Shown here one piece after another: positions 51,981 through 63,827 of a stretch of DNA of 64,000 nt. The position numbers and the translations under genes were made by a program. This DNA comes from Mobula hypostoma. Lineage: Eukaryota. The notes under the pieces are model-generated. The model was not told the DNA's origin, made no database searches, and worked only from the letters and a program-made list of their open reading frames with translations. Location: positions 249,676,001-249,740,000 of the forward strand of contig NC_086097.1 in assembly GCF_963921235.1 (NCBI RefSeq). The letters run 5' to 3'. Within the stretch, counting starts at the first letter, position 1; each line of letters begins with the position of its first letter.

Positions 51981-52282
51981 GCATGTGGCCAGGTGGTTAA
52001 GGCATTGGACTAGCGACCTGAAGGTCGTGAGTTCGAGCCGCAGCTGAGGCAACGAGTTGTGTCCTTGAGCAAGGCACCTAACCACACATTGCTCTGCGAC
52101 GACACCGGTGCCAAGCTGTATGGGTCCTAATGCCCTTCCCTTGGACAACATTGGTGTTCTGGAGAGGGGAAACTTGCATCATGGGCAACTGCTGGTCTTC
52201 CATACAACCTTGCCCAGGCCTGCGCCCTGGAGGGTGAAGACTTTCCAGGCGCAGATCCATGGTCTTGCAAGATTAACGGTCT
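51981..52282 (+). mobile_element. tRNA/CORE-like SINE flanked by a 77-bp direct repeat
   Basis: A box TGGCCAGGTGG, B box GTTCGAGCC; direct repeats at 51904-51980 and 52283-52359 with 2 mismatches. Confidence 0.85.
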
Positions 52283-53355
52283 CTTCAGTAGGAAGTGTCA
52301 GCACAGATAGGATATGGTAGTGCTGTGGTCCCTTCAGACATGATATGGTAGTGCTGTGGTTATTGGATTAGCCGACAGAGTTTTACACCATTGACCCATG
52401 GGTGGTTGCCGCTCTCCCCGAACACTCTCTGAGGCCCACACAACTCTTGAAACTCATCCGAGACTCACCAGGGTTTGGATCTCTTCTCTGCTCCAGGACT
52501 CACTGAGGACCCTTGGTCTCAGTGCATCCTTGGCTCTCACCACGTTTCACTGCAGAATTTACTGTAGCAATCGTGGTCACGTGCTCCCATGTTTTCCCCA
52601 GGTGCTCCAGTTTCCTGCCACAGCCAAACAAAGTACCAGGTTGGTTAATTAGCCATTGTATGTTGTCCCATGATTAGGTTAGTGTTGAATTGGGGTTGTT
52701 GGGGTTGCTGGGCTAGCGTGACTCGAAGGGCCAGAAGGTCCTATTCTGCGCTGTATCTCAATCAATAAAAAATAAAATAAAGTAAAGCAAACTTGCTACT
52801 TTGGGATAGCTACTGTGAACAGTCTGTAGGGGATCTCACATGAGGCAAAGTTATACAATTATGTTCAACTTCACCAGGACTAAAGTGTTCTGAAACGTAA
52901 CTACACAGTAAACACCTGGGACAAAAAGTATTATCAGGAATTGAACAGGTTAGGACTTTATTCCCTGGAGTACAGGAGAAGCGGGGAGATCTTACAGAGG
53001 TGTATAAAATAATGAGGGGTATACATAGGGGCAATGCATGCAGGTTCTTCCCCCTCAGCTTTTCAGAAGATCAGGCACAGGGGAGCCATTAGCTCAGCGC
53101 AGGCTACACTCCACCAGTGGACGCGACGAAAAGTCCCAGTTGAAAGAAGTAGAGACCACCCATCTTGACTGATGTGCAGGGTGCTGAGAGAAAAACAAGG
53201 AACTATTGGACCAGATTGGTAGGTTGTTCATCAGCAATACTCATGGTATGTTAATGATTGTATTTGTCTCCGTTGTGGATATAAAATTTTTTCTTCATTG
53301 TTCTGAGAGATTCGTCCTTGCTTGTCCACGTCAGAGTGGGAGAAGACTTGTAATA

Positions 53356-54584
53356 TAGTGGATTCCTGTTAATTGAGCCATTGGTTAATCAGGGCAGTTC
53401 CTTATTTAGGACACTCTTAAAGAATAAAAATAAATTCCCTTCATTTGTTTAGGACACTATACACTTAACTGGGGCAGGAGACTGTTGCCAAACAGTTTCA
53501 ACCTTGCTTCAGCTGCATGCACTTGTGTGGCCATTAGATGCTACACAGTGCATTGAGTGATTAGTTTTTAAACAGATAGTCATAGTCATAGTCATACTTT
53601 ATTGATCCCGGGGGAAACTGGTTTTTGTTACAGTTGCACCATAAATAATAAATGGTAATAAAACCATAAATAGTTAAATAGTAATATGTAAATTGTGCCA
53701 GGAAATAAGTCCAGGACCAGCCTATTGGCTCAGGGTGTCTGACCCTCCAAGGGAGGAGTTGTAAAGTTTGATGGCCACAGGCAGGAATGACTTCCTATGA
53801 CGCTCTGTGTTGCATCTCGGTGGAATGAGTCTCTGGCTGAATGTACTCCTGTGCCCACCCAGTACATTTTGTAGTGGATGGGAGACATTGCCCAAGATGG
53901 CATGCAACTTGGACAGCATCCTCTTTTCGGACACCACCGTCAGAGAGTCCAGTTCCATCCCCACAACATCACTGGCCTTACGAATGATTTAGTTATGTTT
54001 GCTTGTGTTCAAAAAAACCAATTATTTTTGTCACTGATAGTTGGTGAGTAATAAGCAATAAGACAATTCAGAACTGTTTTGCTCACTGCAGTTGCAAGCA
54101 TTCAAGCTTGGATATACTGTACCAGAAATGGCTGGGAGTGGAAAGGAAACTATTCCACTACTTCAACAAACTACGAACTATGAAGAATTTGAAGGTAGCA
54201 AAAATCATCTTGAATGTTACATTAAAAATGAAAATTTGAATGATGCAATCATCTAAAGCATTGTATGAAGACATTCCATTATTTGCACTAGGTGTCTGCA
54301 CTGATTTTGTTCATTTACAGTCAATCATAAGGATATGATAGATGAATTCCTCTGTCAATAACTATTGGGATCTAATACAGTTTTATCGTAATGTGGTATA
54401 TTGATAGTGTTCTAATTTGTTCTGTATTTCATTTAAATACATAAATTGTTACTCAGTTAAGTAGTAATTTATATTTTTGTTACCTTTTTAACTATTTCCA
54501 TGAAACTTCAGCTAATTGGGGCAGTCACTTAATTAGGCCAAAATGTACTGGTCCTGATGTGTCTCAATTAACTGGAATCCACCA
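53356..54584. mobile_element. Tigger/pogo-like non-autonomous DNA transposon
   Basis: Imperfect TIRs: TAGTGGATTCCTGTTAATTGAG and, reverse-complemented, TGGTGGATTCCAGTTAATTGAG; TA on both flanks. Confidence 0.65.
53576..53987 (-). mobile_element. Rex-type LINE 3' fragment with (GACTAT)n tail
   Basis: SHPLQ..RLIPPRCNTERHRKSFLPVAIKLYN; same family as the 61443 and 61951 copies. Confidence 0.85.
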
Positions 54585-54944
54585 TATTTTTAAGACAGAG
54601 GCTTAATATAGTGAGATAACAGTGGATAGATGAGAAAGCAGAGCTTAGTTTAGACAGATTACCCTTGAGGAACAATATTATTTCAGGCTCCGACAGCTGA
54701 AATGTTATTTTATTAATTTATATTGAAGGGCCAAGTAACTGACCATCACTCCTGATTTGTTCACACTTTGTGTCTCTACCTTAGCCGTAATAGTTAAAGA
54801 GCACTACCCCACAGAATCAGGCCCTTTGGTCCATCTGGTCCATGCTGACCTGACCTTCTGCCTAGTCACATCGTCCTGTACCTGGATCATATCTCGCCTA
54901 ACCCCTCCCATCCATATACCTATCCAAACCTCTCCTATGGTGAT

Positions 54945-55225
54945 GTAGCGGTCAGCACAACACTATTACAGCTCAAGGCGTTGGAGTTCAGAGTTGAATT
55001 CCGGTGTCCACTGTAAGGAGTCTCTGTACGTCCTCCCTGGGCGATACGTGGGTTTCCCCTGGTTTCCCTCCATGACGTCCCAGAGATTTACTTGGTAGGT
55101 GAATTGGTCATTGTGATTAGGTTATGGTTAAGTCAGGGTTGTCAGGGTTGATGGGGCAGTGTAACTCTAAGGGTCAGAAGGGCTTATCCTGGGCTGAATC
55201 GCTAAATTAAAAAATAAAAATATAA
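54945..55225 (+). mobile_element. V-SINE (HE1-like), degenerate; related copies at ~52575-52780, 55595-55730, 60900-61145 (-) and 63500-63730
   Basis: GTGGGTTTCC..GGTTTCC V-domain and CR1-like AAGGGC..GAAGGGC 3' end. Confidence 0.6.
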
Positions 55226-55729
55226 ACATTGTTAACAAGCCTGCATCCACTCATCTGCTGGCAGCTCCTTCCCCATTCGCACCATCCTCTGAGCAAAGAT
55301 GTTTACCTCAGATTCACTTTAAACGTATGACATTGAGTTCTCGTCTCACCCAACCAGAGGGGGAGCAGTCTGCATGCATTCACCCCATCTATACACCTTA
55401 ATTTTATACACCACCATCAGATCTCCCCTCAATCTCCTATGTTTGAGGGAAGAAAGTGCTAACCAAGTTGATTACTTTTGCCCCAATTGTTTGTTGTATA
55501 GTTACATTTCAGAATACATTAGTTGTGTTGGAACATAATTTTACAACTTTGTCTCATGTGAGATGAACTGATCACATTAACCTTTCTGAAGGAGCACGTT
55601 CTCCACGTGACCGGTGGGTTTCCGCCTGGTGCTCCGGTTTCCTCCCCCATTCCGAAGACATTCCGGTTAGTAGTTTAACAGGTCACAAGTGCAGCTGAGC
55701 CGCAAGGACTCACTTGGCCTGAAGGGACT

Positions 55730-58170
55730 GTTATGGTACTACAGCTCTAAGTAGGCCCTTCTGCCCATCTAGTCCATGCTGGACCCTTATTTTGCCTAGT
55801 CTCACTGACCTGCACCCGGACCACAGCCGTCCATACCCCTCCCATCCATGTACCGATCCAACATCCGTAGAAGTATTGCAATTACACTCACATCTACCAT
55901 TTCCAGTGGCAGCTTGTTTCACACACTACCACTCTCTGAGAAAAGAAGGTCCTTCTCATGTTCCCCTGGAACCCTTAACCCACTAGTTCTAGTCTCATCC
56001 AAACTCACTGGAAAATGCCTGCTTGCATTTACCCTATAATTTTGTATACTTCTATCAAATCTCCCCTCATTCTCCTACACTGTACGGAACGAAGTCCCAA
56101 CCTATCCAGCCTTCCCTTGTCACTCAGTTCCTCCAGTGCCAGCAACATCCTTGTAAACTTTCTATCTGCTCTTTCCACCTTATTGGCATTTTTCCAACTT
56201 TCCTATCAAAAAGTGTACAGAACTGCATTCATTAGGGCCTCACCAACATTTTATACAACTTCATCATACCATCCCGTCTCCTCTACTCGGTACTTTGATT
56301 TATGAAGGCCAACGTGCCAAAAGCTCTCTTTGCAACTCTATCTACTCAGTTTTCTCCACTTTCTCCCCTCATCTGCATTGTTCCATCTTTGAGCACCATG
56401 GATTTATTCCCACTGCCATTCTAACTACTCAGCTTCCCTTCCTAGTTTCCACTTCAGCTGAATTAGAAATTTTCTCTTTAAAATCAAACCCAATGTACTC
56501 AACCTCTGAGTACTGCGATCACTTGGGTGGGATGTTCTCCAAAGGGTTGTCTATTGGTGGCTGTAGAGGCCAGTCTGGGGTTCAGATAACCGGGTTGTGA
56601 GTGTGGATTCCCTAAATGGAGAACACCTGTGCAAGGCTTTGTTTAACGTGGGGCGTCTGATGTACGGGCAGCCACCACACGGTCCTTGACAGATCGGGGT
56701 CAGGGTCCAGTGACATGGAATGCAAGAGGACTGGGGACACTTCATTGCTGTGGCCTTCCTCCATCTTCATTGCTGTTGTGATGTGTCATCATCATCATAA
56801 TGTATACCAATTTCCCCCGGGATCTATAAAGTATGACTATGATTATCTTCCGCCAGCTCCATCGTTGAGGTCTTAGTTAGAGTGCTCCTTGTCTGGAACC
56901 TCCTCCTTAACCTCACCAGGAGTTAAACTCCAGGAGGCATCGTTTTCAGGATGTCAGGAACTTACAAGTCTCTCCACCGTGACAATGTCCTCGCAGAAGA
57001 CTCATCTACCATTCAATCCTCAACCCCACCCCCCACTTCCCCTTCTCTTACTCTGCTGTTGCCGCCCTGTTATGCTTGTCAAGAATTCCATGTTTGGACC
57101 CCTCTAATATTTACTTCAAATTGCAAATATGTGAGTGTGATTAAAATGTCTTCCAAGGGCTTCCCAAAATCGGTTTCTCACAAGGGTTCTTTACTTGTGT
57201 TATTTGTGGTAATTTTGCTTTACATGTTGTGTGTGAGTTATACGTAGTGTACTCTGCTCCCTGGTCCGGAGGAACGGTGCTTCATTTGGCCGTACATGTG
57301 TGTACAGTAGAATGACAATGAGCTTCAGTGGCAGGAGTACCATGTCAGAGTTTTGAAGTTTTATTCGCTGTCAACCTGAAGTGGTGGTGGGCAAGCTGCA
57401 GAGAGTCCAGGTCCTTGCTTGGGCAGGACTAAACGATAAGAGGTCACAGTCTTTTTCTCCGGGATAAGGGAGTCTAAATCTGGTTAGGACACAGGTTTAA
57501 GGTCAGACAGGAGAATGTAAAGGGGTCTTGAGGGGCATGTTTTCCAGGCAGTGGAAGGTGAGGCCACAGAATGAGCTGCCAGAAGAAGTGGCTAAGGCAG
57601 GGAGAATTTAAAATATTTAAAAGAGATTTAGATGGTTACATGTACATAACAGGGGTGGGAATGGAGGCCGTTCAAATGCAGGCAAGTGGGGCTGGCTCAA
57701 GTAATTAATTTATTAGTCAGCATGGCCGAGTTGGCCGAAGGGGCTGTTTCTGTATCTCATCGTTATAAACAATTACAGCACAGAAACAGGCCATTCTGCC
57801 CATCCAGTCCATGCCGAACCATTTAAACTGTCTACTCCCATCGATCTGCACCCAGACCATAGCCCTCCTTACCATCCCATCCATGTAACTATCCAAACTT
57901 CTCAAACATTGAAATCAACATCGCATGCAGCACTTGCGCCAGCAGCTCGTTCCACACCATCACCACCCAGGGTGAAGTTCCTCCTCATCTTCCTGCTAAA
58001 CATCTCACTTTTCACCCTTAACCCAAGACCTCTAGTCCCACCTAATCTCAGTGGAAAAAGCCTGTTTGCATTTACCCTATCTATACCCTTCATAATTTTG
58101 TATACCCCTGTCAAATCTCCCCTCATTCTTCTACATTCCAGGGATTAAAGACCTAACTTTCAAACTTTCT
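55730..58170. mobile_element. Cluster of old CR1 3' fragments (55730-56340 -, 57400-57755 +, 57770-58170 -) and an RTE-related repeat (56520-56985)
   Basis: MRGDLTGVYKIMKGIDRV; CR1 3' UTR motifs; 56520-56985 resembles 29660-30020 and 3825-4020. Confidence 0.6.
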
Positions 58171-58284
58171 TTATAAATAATTTCTTATCTTTATGGCTCT
58201 TTCCCCTCGTGCACATATGTAGCTTTTAAAGATGGTTAACTACTCGACTTTTCCATGACTGCAAAATAGATTCAAATTCATTCC

Positions 58285-58562
58285 CCACCCCCCCCCACCT
58301 CTTCCTTCTCCCTGGGCCTCCTGTCCCATGATCCTCTCATATCCCTTTTGCCTATCACCTCTCCAGCTCTTGGCTCCATCCCTCCCCCTCCTGTCTTCTC
58401 CTATCATTTTGGATCTCCCCCTCCCTCTCCCACTTTCATATCTCTTACTAACTCTTCCTTCAGTTAGTCCTGACGAAGGGTCTTGGCCCGAAACGTTGAC
58501 TGTACCTCCTCCTAGAGATGCTGCCTGGCCTGCTGCGTTCACCAGCAACTTTGATGTGTGTG
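58285..58562 (+). mobile_element. Solo PLE pseudo-LTR fragment
   Basis: Closely matches 14625-14861 and the reverse complement of 12676-12930. Confidence 0.85.
58466..58502 (+). ncRNA. Minimal hammerhead ribozyme motif
   Basis: AGUC-CUGACGA-A-GGG-UCUUGG-CCC-GAAA-CG-UU-GACU. Confidence 0.7.
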
Positions 58563-58669
58563 GTTTCAGATTCATTTGTCATGTGTACATCAAAACTTAC
58601 AGTGAAATGTGTGATTTGTGATAACAACCAACACGACTGCAGGAGTTCAACAAGAAAAATCATGTTATA

Positions 58670-59195
58670 TTACTTACTAACTTGCTGCCTGTGACACTGC
58701 TGGCATTTAGGGCAGCAATGAAGATCCTCCGTCTCTGTCTGTCCTTGGCCATCTTCTCTATTGTGACCCGGATGTGGTTCCGGGTCCTCATTTCAGCCTC
58801 TACAGTCTGGCACCAAGTTGCATTTGGTCGCCTGCGTTTTCTCTGCCCTTCAGGGGCTTTATCATGCCAGTAGTTGCCTCTTTGTTTCACTACTGTCAGT
58901 CATGCAGGTCCTGGGTGGAGGCTCAGGAATATCGTCGGACACAGATATAGAAAGATCCTTCACTGCTGTTCCCATAACAGTTTTGTTTGACCAGTCAGGG
59001 TTGTTAGCCCCGAGCTGAGCCTCCGAACCTGGAAGACCGGTGACCCTACCCTTTGACCTCTTTGGCACGGGTGACCCTACCAAGAGCCAAAGCATAAAGC
59101 CCTGACTCCAGCCAGCATAGCTCTCCGGGTCATTGAGGCACACAAATCTCCATACCTCGACAAGATTGTAGTCTGCTTGGAGGTCACACCTCATC
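58670..59195 (-). mobile_element. Internally deleted RTE-clade element (5' region fused to C-terminus and 3' end)
   Basis: APEGQRKRRRPNATWCQTVEAEM is an RTE C-terminal motif; AGTAAGTAA-type tail; RTE-like 5' region ATGACCCGGAGAGCTATGCTGG..GGTAGGGTCACCC. Confidence 0.6.
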
Positions 59196-61442
59196 AGACA
59201 ATGATAATAAACCCTATTCTGTTTCTGATTTGGACAGAACTACGGTCATATGGCTGAGATCTGACTTGTACCATCACAGCAAGAGCATAATCAACAAATC
59301 TCATTGCTTCCTGTTCCTGCCCTGTACTTCCGGCATCCTTCAATTGTCTAACATTTGTCACTTCATCTTTCTTAACTGTGTGCCCCCTCCCAGTGAGATT
59401 ACCCCAAAAACTGCGTCAGTTTACACACAAACTCACAAAAAACAATTGAGATTCATTTATTTATCACATGTACATCAAAAAATACAGTGAAATGTGTCGT
59501 TTGCGTTAACAACCAACACAGTCCAAAGGTATGCTGGGGGCAGCTGGCAAGTGTTGCCACTACTGGTTGTCTGAGTAGGGGGCATGAGGATGGGTGAGTC
59601 AGTGAGCTCGGCAGTCGAGGTTCCGTCATCGGCCAGTCCAAAGTTCTAGGTAAATTTATTATCAAAGTACATATATGTCACCATATACAACCCTGAGATT
59701 CATTTTTTGTAGGCATACACAGTATACACAAGAAATATAATAGATTCAATAAAAGACCGCACCCGACAGGATGGACAGACGACCAATGTACAAAGCACAC
59801 AATAGTGGAAAAAGGTAAATGAATAAATAAGCAAAATAAATCAAGAACGTGAGATGAAGAGTCTTTGAAAGTGAGTCTATAGTTTGTGGGAGCAGTTCAA
59901 TGATCGGATGAGTGAAGTTGAGAGAAGTTATCCCCTCTAGTTCAAGGGCCCGATGGTTGAGGGGTAGTAATTGTTGCTGAGCCTGGTGGTGTGGATCCTG
60001 AAGCTCCTGTACCTTCTTCCTGCTGGCGGCAGTGAGAGGAAATCACAGCCATGGCGAGGGTTTGATATTGAAGATCAAAACCCAAAGGTTAATAAACCTG
60101 ACTCTAAATTAAGACCCCTTAGATTTGGACTCCTCTACCCTGGGGAAAATAGTTACCATCCATCTTATCTATGCCCTCATAATTTATAAACCTTGGTGAA
60201 TAAGACTACCCCTCACTCGTTATGCTCCAGGGAATGAAGGCCTAGTCTGTGAACCGTTCCTTTCTAATCCTGGCAACACCCTTGTGAATCTTTTCCACTC
60301 TTTCCAGTTTAACCACATCTTTCCAACATTAAAGTGGCCAGAACCATGCACAGTACTTCAAGTGCAGCCTCACTAGTGACTTATACAACAGCAACATAAT
60401 CTCCCATCTCAAATACCCAATGCCCTGACTGACGACAACCAGCATGCAGCCTGAAGAAGGGTCTCGGCCCAAAGCGCCAACTGTTTATTCATTCCTCTGG
60501 ACGCTGCCTGACCTGCTGAGCTCCTCCAGCATTTTGTGTGTGTTGTTCTGGCTTTACGGCATCTGCAGAATCTCTTGTGTTTATGCAAAATGGCTTTTTT
60601 CACCAACCAGTCAACCTGTGACACTACTTTCAACAAATGACACACTTGTACTTCTTGGTCCCTCTGTTCCCTTGCGCTCTACCACAAGTCCTGTGCTGGT
60701 TGGACTTCCCAAAGTGCAATACTTTTCACTTACCCACGTGCCGCCCCTCAGCCCAATTCTCTAACTGATCAAAGACCCCCCCTGTAATCCACAATAACCA
60801 CCTTCGAATTTCACGTCATTTCTGAACTTGCTGATCAAACCCCGTGCAGTGACTCGCTTTCGAGGACACTACAACTTGCGTTCTCAATGTTACTTGTTAT
60901 TTAGTTTATTTATTCAGAGATACAGAACTGGCCCTCGCAGCTCATCAAGCCATGCTGCCCAGCAACCCACCAATGTCACCCTAGCCTAATCACAGGACAA
61001 TTTACAATGATCAATAACCTAACCAGTGTACCTTTGGACCGTGGGAGAAAACCCACAAGCACATGGGGAGGAAATACAAACTGTCAACAGAGGATGACGG
61101 AACTAAACTCAGATGCTTTGAGCTGTAATAGTGTTGCGCTAACCTTTTATTCTGTATTTACACTGTCTGTCTTTTGCACATTGGCTATTTGTCCATTTAT
61201 GTTGGTGTGTAAATTTTATTGATTGCATCGTATTTCTTTGTATCTACTATGAATTCCCACAAGAAACTGAATGGGCAGTATATGGTGATAATAAATTTAT
61301 TGTGAATTTTGTGTCCAAGACATTAATATAAATAATGATAGACCATTTGAAGCTGAACAAATATAATTTCAGACTATTTGTATCATGTAGGAATTTGGAG
61401 AAACACTAAGTTTTTTGAATGTGATTAATTGCATATGTGTTT

Positions 61443-61767
61443 AAGTTGCATGCCATCTTGGACAATGTCTCCCATCCACTACATTATGTACTGGGTGGGC
61501 ACAGGAGTACATTCAGCCAGAGATTCATTCCTCCGAGATGCAACACAGAGCGTCATAGGAAGTCATTCCTGCCTGTGGCCATCAAACTTTACAACTCCTC
61601 CCTTGGAGGGTCAGACACCCGGAGCAAATAGGCTGGTCCTAGACTTATTTCCTGGCATAATTTACATATTACTATTTAACTATTTATGGTTTTATTACTA
61701 TTTAATTATTTATGGTGCAACTGTAACGAAAACCAATTTCCCCCGGGATCAATAAAGTATGACTATA
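61443..61767 (+). mobile_element. Rex-type LINE 3' fragment
   Basis: KLHAILDNVSHPLH..SFLPVAIKLYN; AATAAAGTATGACTAT tail. Confidence 0.85.
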
Positions 61768-61950
61768 ATGGTGTTGATGCCTTGCAATAGTTCAACTAAG
61801 TTAAAAATGTTTTGATGATTTTCATTTGTATTTTGTGTCTGAGGCTTCTGACTTAAATGTCCAACACTAATCAGCCAGCACTGATGGATTCCAGTTACCC
61901 TGATACCGTTTCTCCATGACTGCAATGTCCTGGTGAAATCTTTCACCATG

Positions 61951-62560
61951 AAGAACACTGAGGCTGTCTACAAAAAGGGTCAGAGCCGTCTCTATTTCCT
62001 GAGGAGACTGAGGTCCTTTAACATCTGTCGGACGATGCTGAGGATGTTCTACAAGTCTGTGGTGGCCAGTGCGATCATGTTTGCTGTTGTGTGCTGGGGC
62101 AGCAGGCTGAGGGTAGCAGACACCAACAGAATCAACAAACTCATTCGTAAGGCCAGTGATGTTGTGGGGATGGGACTGGACTCTCTGACGGTGGTGTCTG
62201 AAAAGAGGATGCTGTCCAAGTTGCATGCCATCTTGGTCAATGTCTCCCATCCACTACATAATGTACTGGTTGGGCACAGGAGTACATTCAGCCAGAGACT
62301 CATTCCACCGAGATACAGCACAGAGCGTCATAGAAAGTCATTCCTGCCTGTGACCATCAAACTTTACAACTCCTCCCTTGGAGGGTCAGACACCCGGAGC
62401 AAATAGGCTGGTCCTGGACTTATTTCCTGGCATAATTTACATATTATTATTTAATTATTTATGGTTTTATATTGCTATATTTATACTCTGTTCTTGGTTG
62501 ATGCAACTGTAACAAAACCAAATTTCCCTTGGGATCAATAAAGTATGACTATGACTATGA
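61951..62560 (+). mobile_element. Rex-type LINE 3' fragment
   Basis: KKGQSRLYFLRRLRSF..FYKSVVASAI..SFLPVTIKLYN; (GACTAT)n tail. Confidence 0.9.
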
Positions 62561-63827
62561 TCATCACTGACATCGCCAAGATTTGCAGGGAAGAAGTCTA
62601 AATGGGAATGCAGAAAATTAATCTTTAGTGACATGTTGCACTTCATGGGTTTGTATGCTTGAAGCATGTTGTCAACCAGCTGCATTAAACTTAGTGCTCT
62701 GTAGTTGCCAAGAAAACTTCCAACAACATCTTTGAATGCCTTCCATGCTGTTTTCTCCAGTCCCACCAGAAGTTCTTCAAATAGCCTGTCATTGATGACC
62801 TGTTTGATTTGTGGACCAACAAAAACACCTTCCTTAATCTTGGCATCAGTTATTCTGGGAAACATCTGTCTCAAATATTGAAATCCTTCACGAAAATGTA
62901 TAGCCTTTCTAAAACCTGTCTGCCATGCAGCATCCACCCTGCCTAAGCATGCCTGGACAAGTTAGAAAACTTTTCAGCTTACATTGTGGGCATTTTAAAT
63001 AACTTGAGTTATGTATTGAAATAACAAATATGGGCAATTTTTAAAAATGGTGCATGATACGTAAATTTCGTGGTGATTTTCATGATCAGCAGTCCAAAAT
63101 CCACCTAAAAGTATTCAGGAAACAAACGCTTTGATTTCCAGTGCTACCACTCTCTGCTTCATAACTCCAAGCCAATTTAAAAGAGTAATGTTGTCCCAGC
63201 AACCTGGCCTGATCAGCACCCCTCCCAGAACAATCTCTACAGTCATCAACACTGTATGTCATTGTCAAACTTTGTCTTTACAACAAAACCAAATGAGCAC
63301 AGCAGAAGATTGTGAACATTGTTAAGTTCTTGAAGTACTGTGATACCTATTAAAGTGTGACTTTTTTTTTAATCAACGGGATTATATTTTAATATTTTTT
63401 GAAACCTAATAACCCGCAGGATGAAACACAGCTAGTGGCCAAAAGCTTTTGACAGACTAAATGGCTTCTTTGTACCTGTTCCTGTTTTTTGGGGTGGCAT
63501 GGGGTTCATTTCCCACCGCTGCCTGTGAGGAGTTTGTACGTTCTCCCCGTGACCGCGTGTGTTTCCTCCGGGTGCTCCGGTTTCCTCCCACATTCCAACA
63601 ATGTACTGGTTGATAGGCCAGTTGCTCATTGTAAAAGATCCTGTAAGTAGGCTAGGATTAAATCGGGGGATTGCTGGACGGAGCAGCTCGAAGGGCCTAA
63701 TCTGCGATGTATCTCAAAAAATAAATAGATTTGTACAACAAAATTGATTTGCTATATTAACTCTAACAAGTCCGCCAGCATGTCCACTGTTCATTTAGAA
63801 CTTCCGTTACCACAGAAGAGACTTGAA

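Larger units (their letters stand above)
61330..63143 (-). mobile_element. Chapaev3-like (CMC) DNA transposon remnant, internally deleted and split by two Rex inserts
   Basis: FPRITDAKIKEGVFVGPQI..FLGN..CNMSLKINFLHSHLDFFPANLGDVSD | HGERFHQDIAVMEKRYQGNW; terminus CACTGG at 63143. Left boundary uncertain. Confidence 0.7.

Noticed and set aside
51981..52050. tRNA gene (also ~15430-15500 and ~3485-3549)
   Set aside because: The A and B boxes run into SINE bodies, and no complete cloverleaf is evident.
51925..52359. Four copies of GATATGGTAGTGCTGTGG suggesting a CRISPR-like array
   Set aside because: Explained by a tandem duplication inside a 77-bp duplicated target site; eukaryotic context, irregular spacing and no cas genes.
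53060..53183. Minus-strand acceptor gttccttgtttttctctcag in unique DNA
   Set aside because: All three frames hit stops without a good donor.
56805..56846. Isolated TTTCCCCCGGGATCTATAAAGTATGACTAT as a regulatory or TATA site
   Set aside because: It is a ~40-bp extreme 3' stub of the Rex family seen at 53576, 61443 and 61951.
59190..59420. Open minus-strand frame (VKKDEVTNVRQLKDAG..) with CCGGAAGT and TGCGTCA motifs
   Set aside because: No splice support or recognisable protein, and such short motifs are expected by chance.
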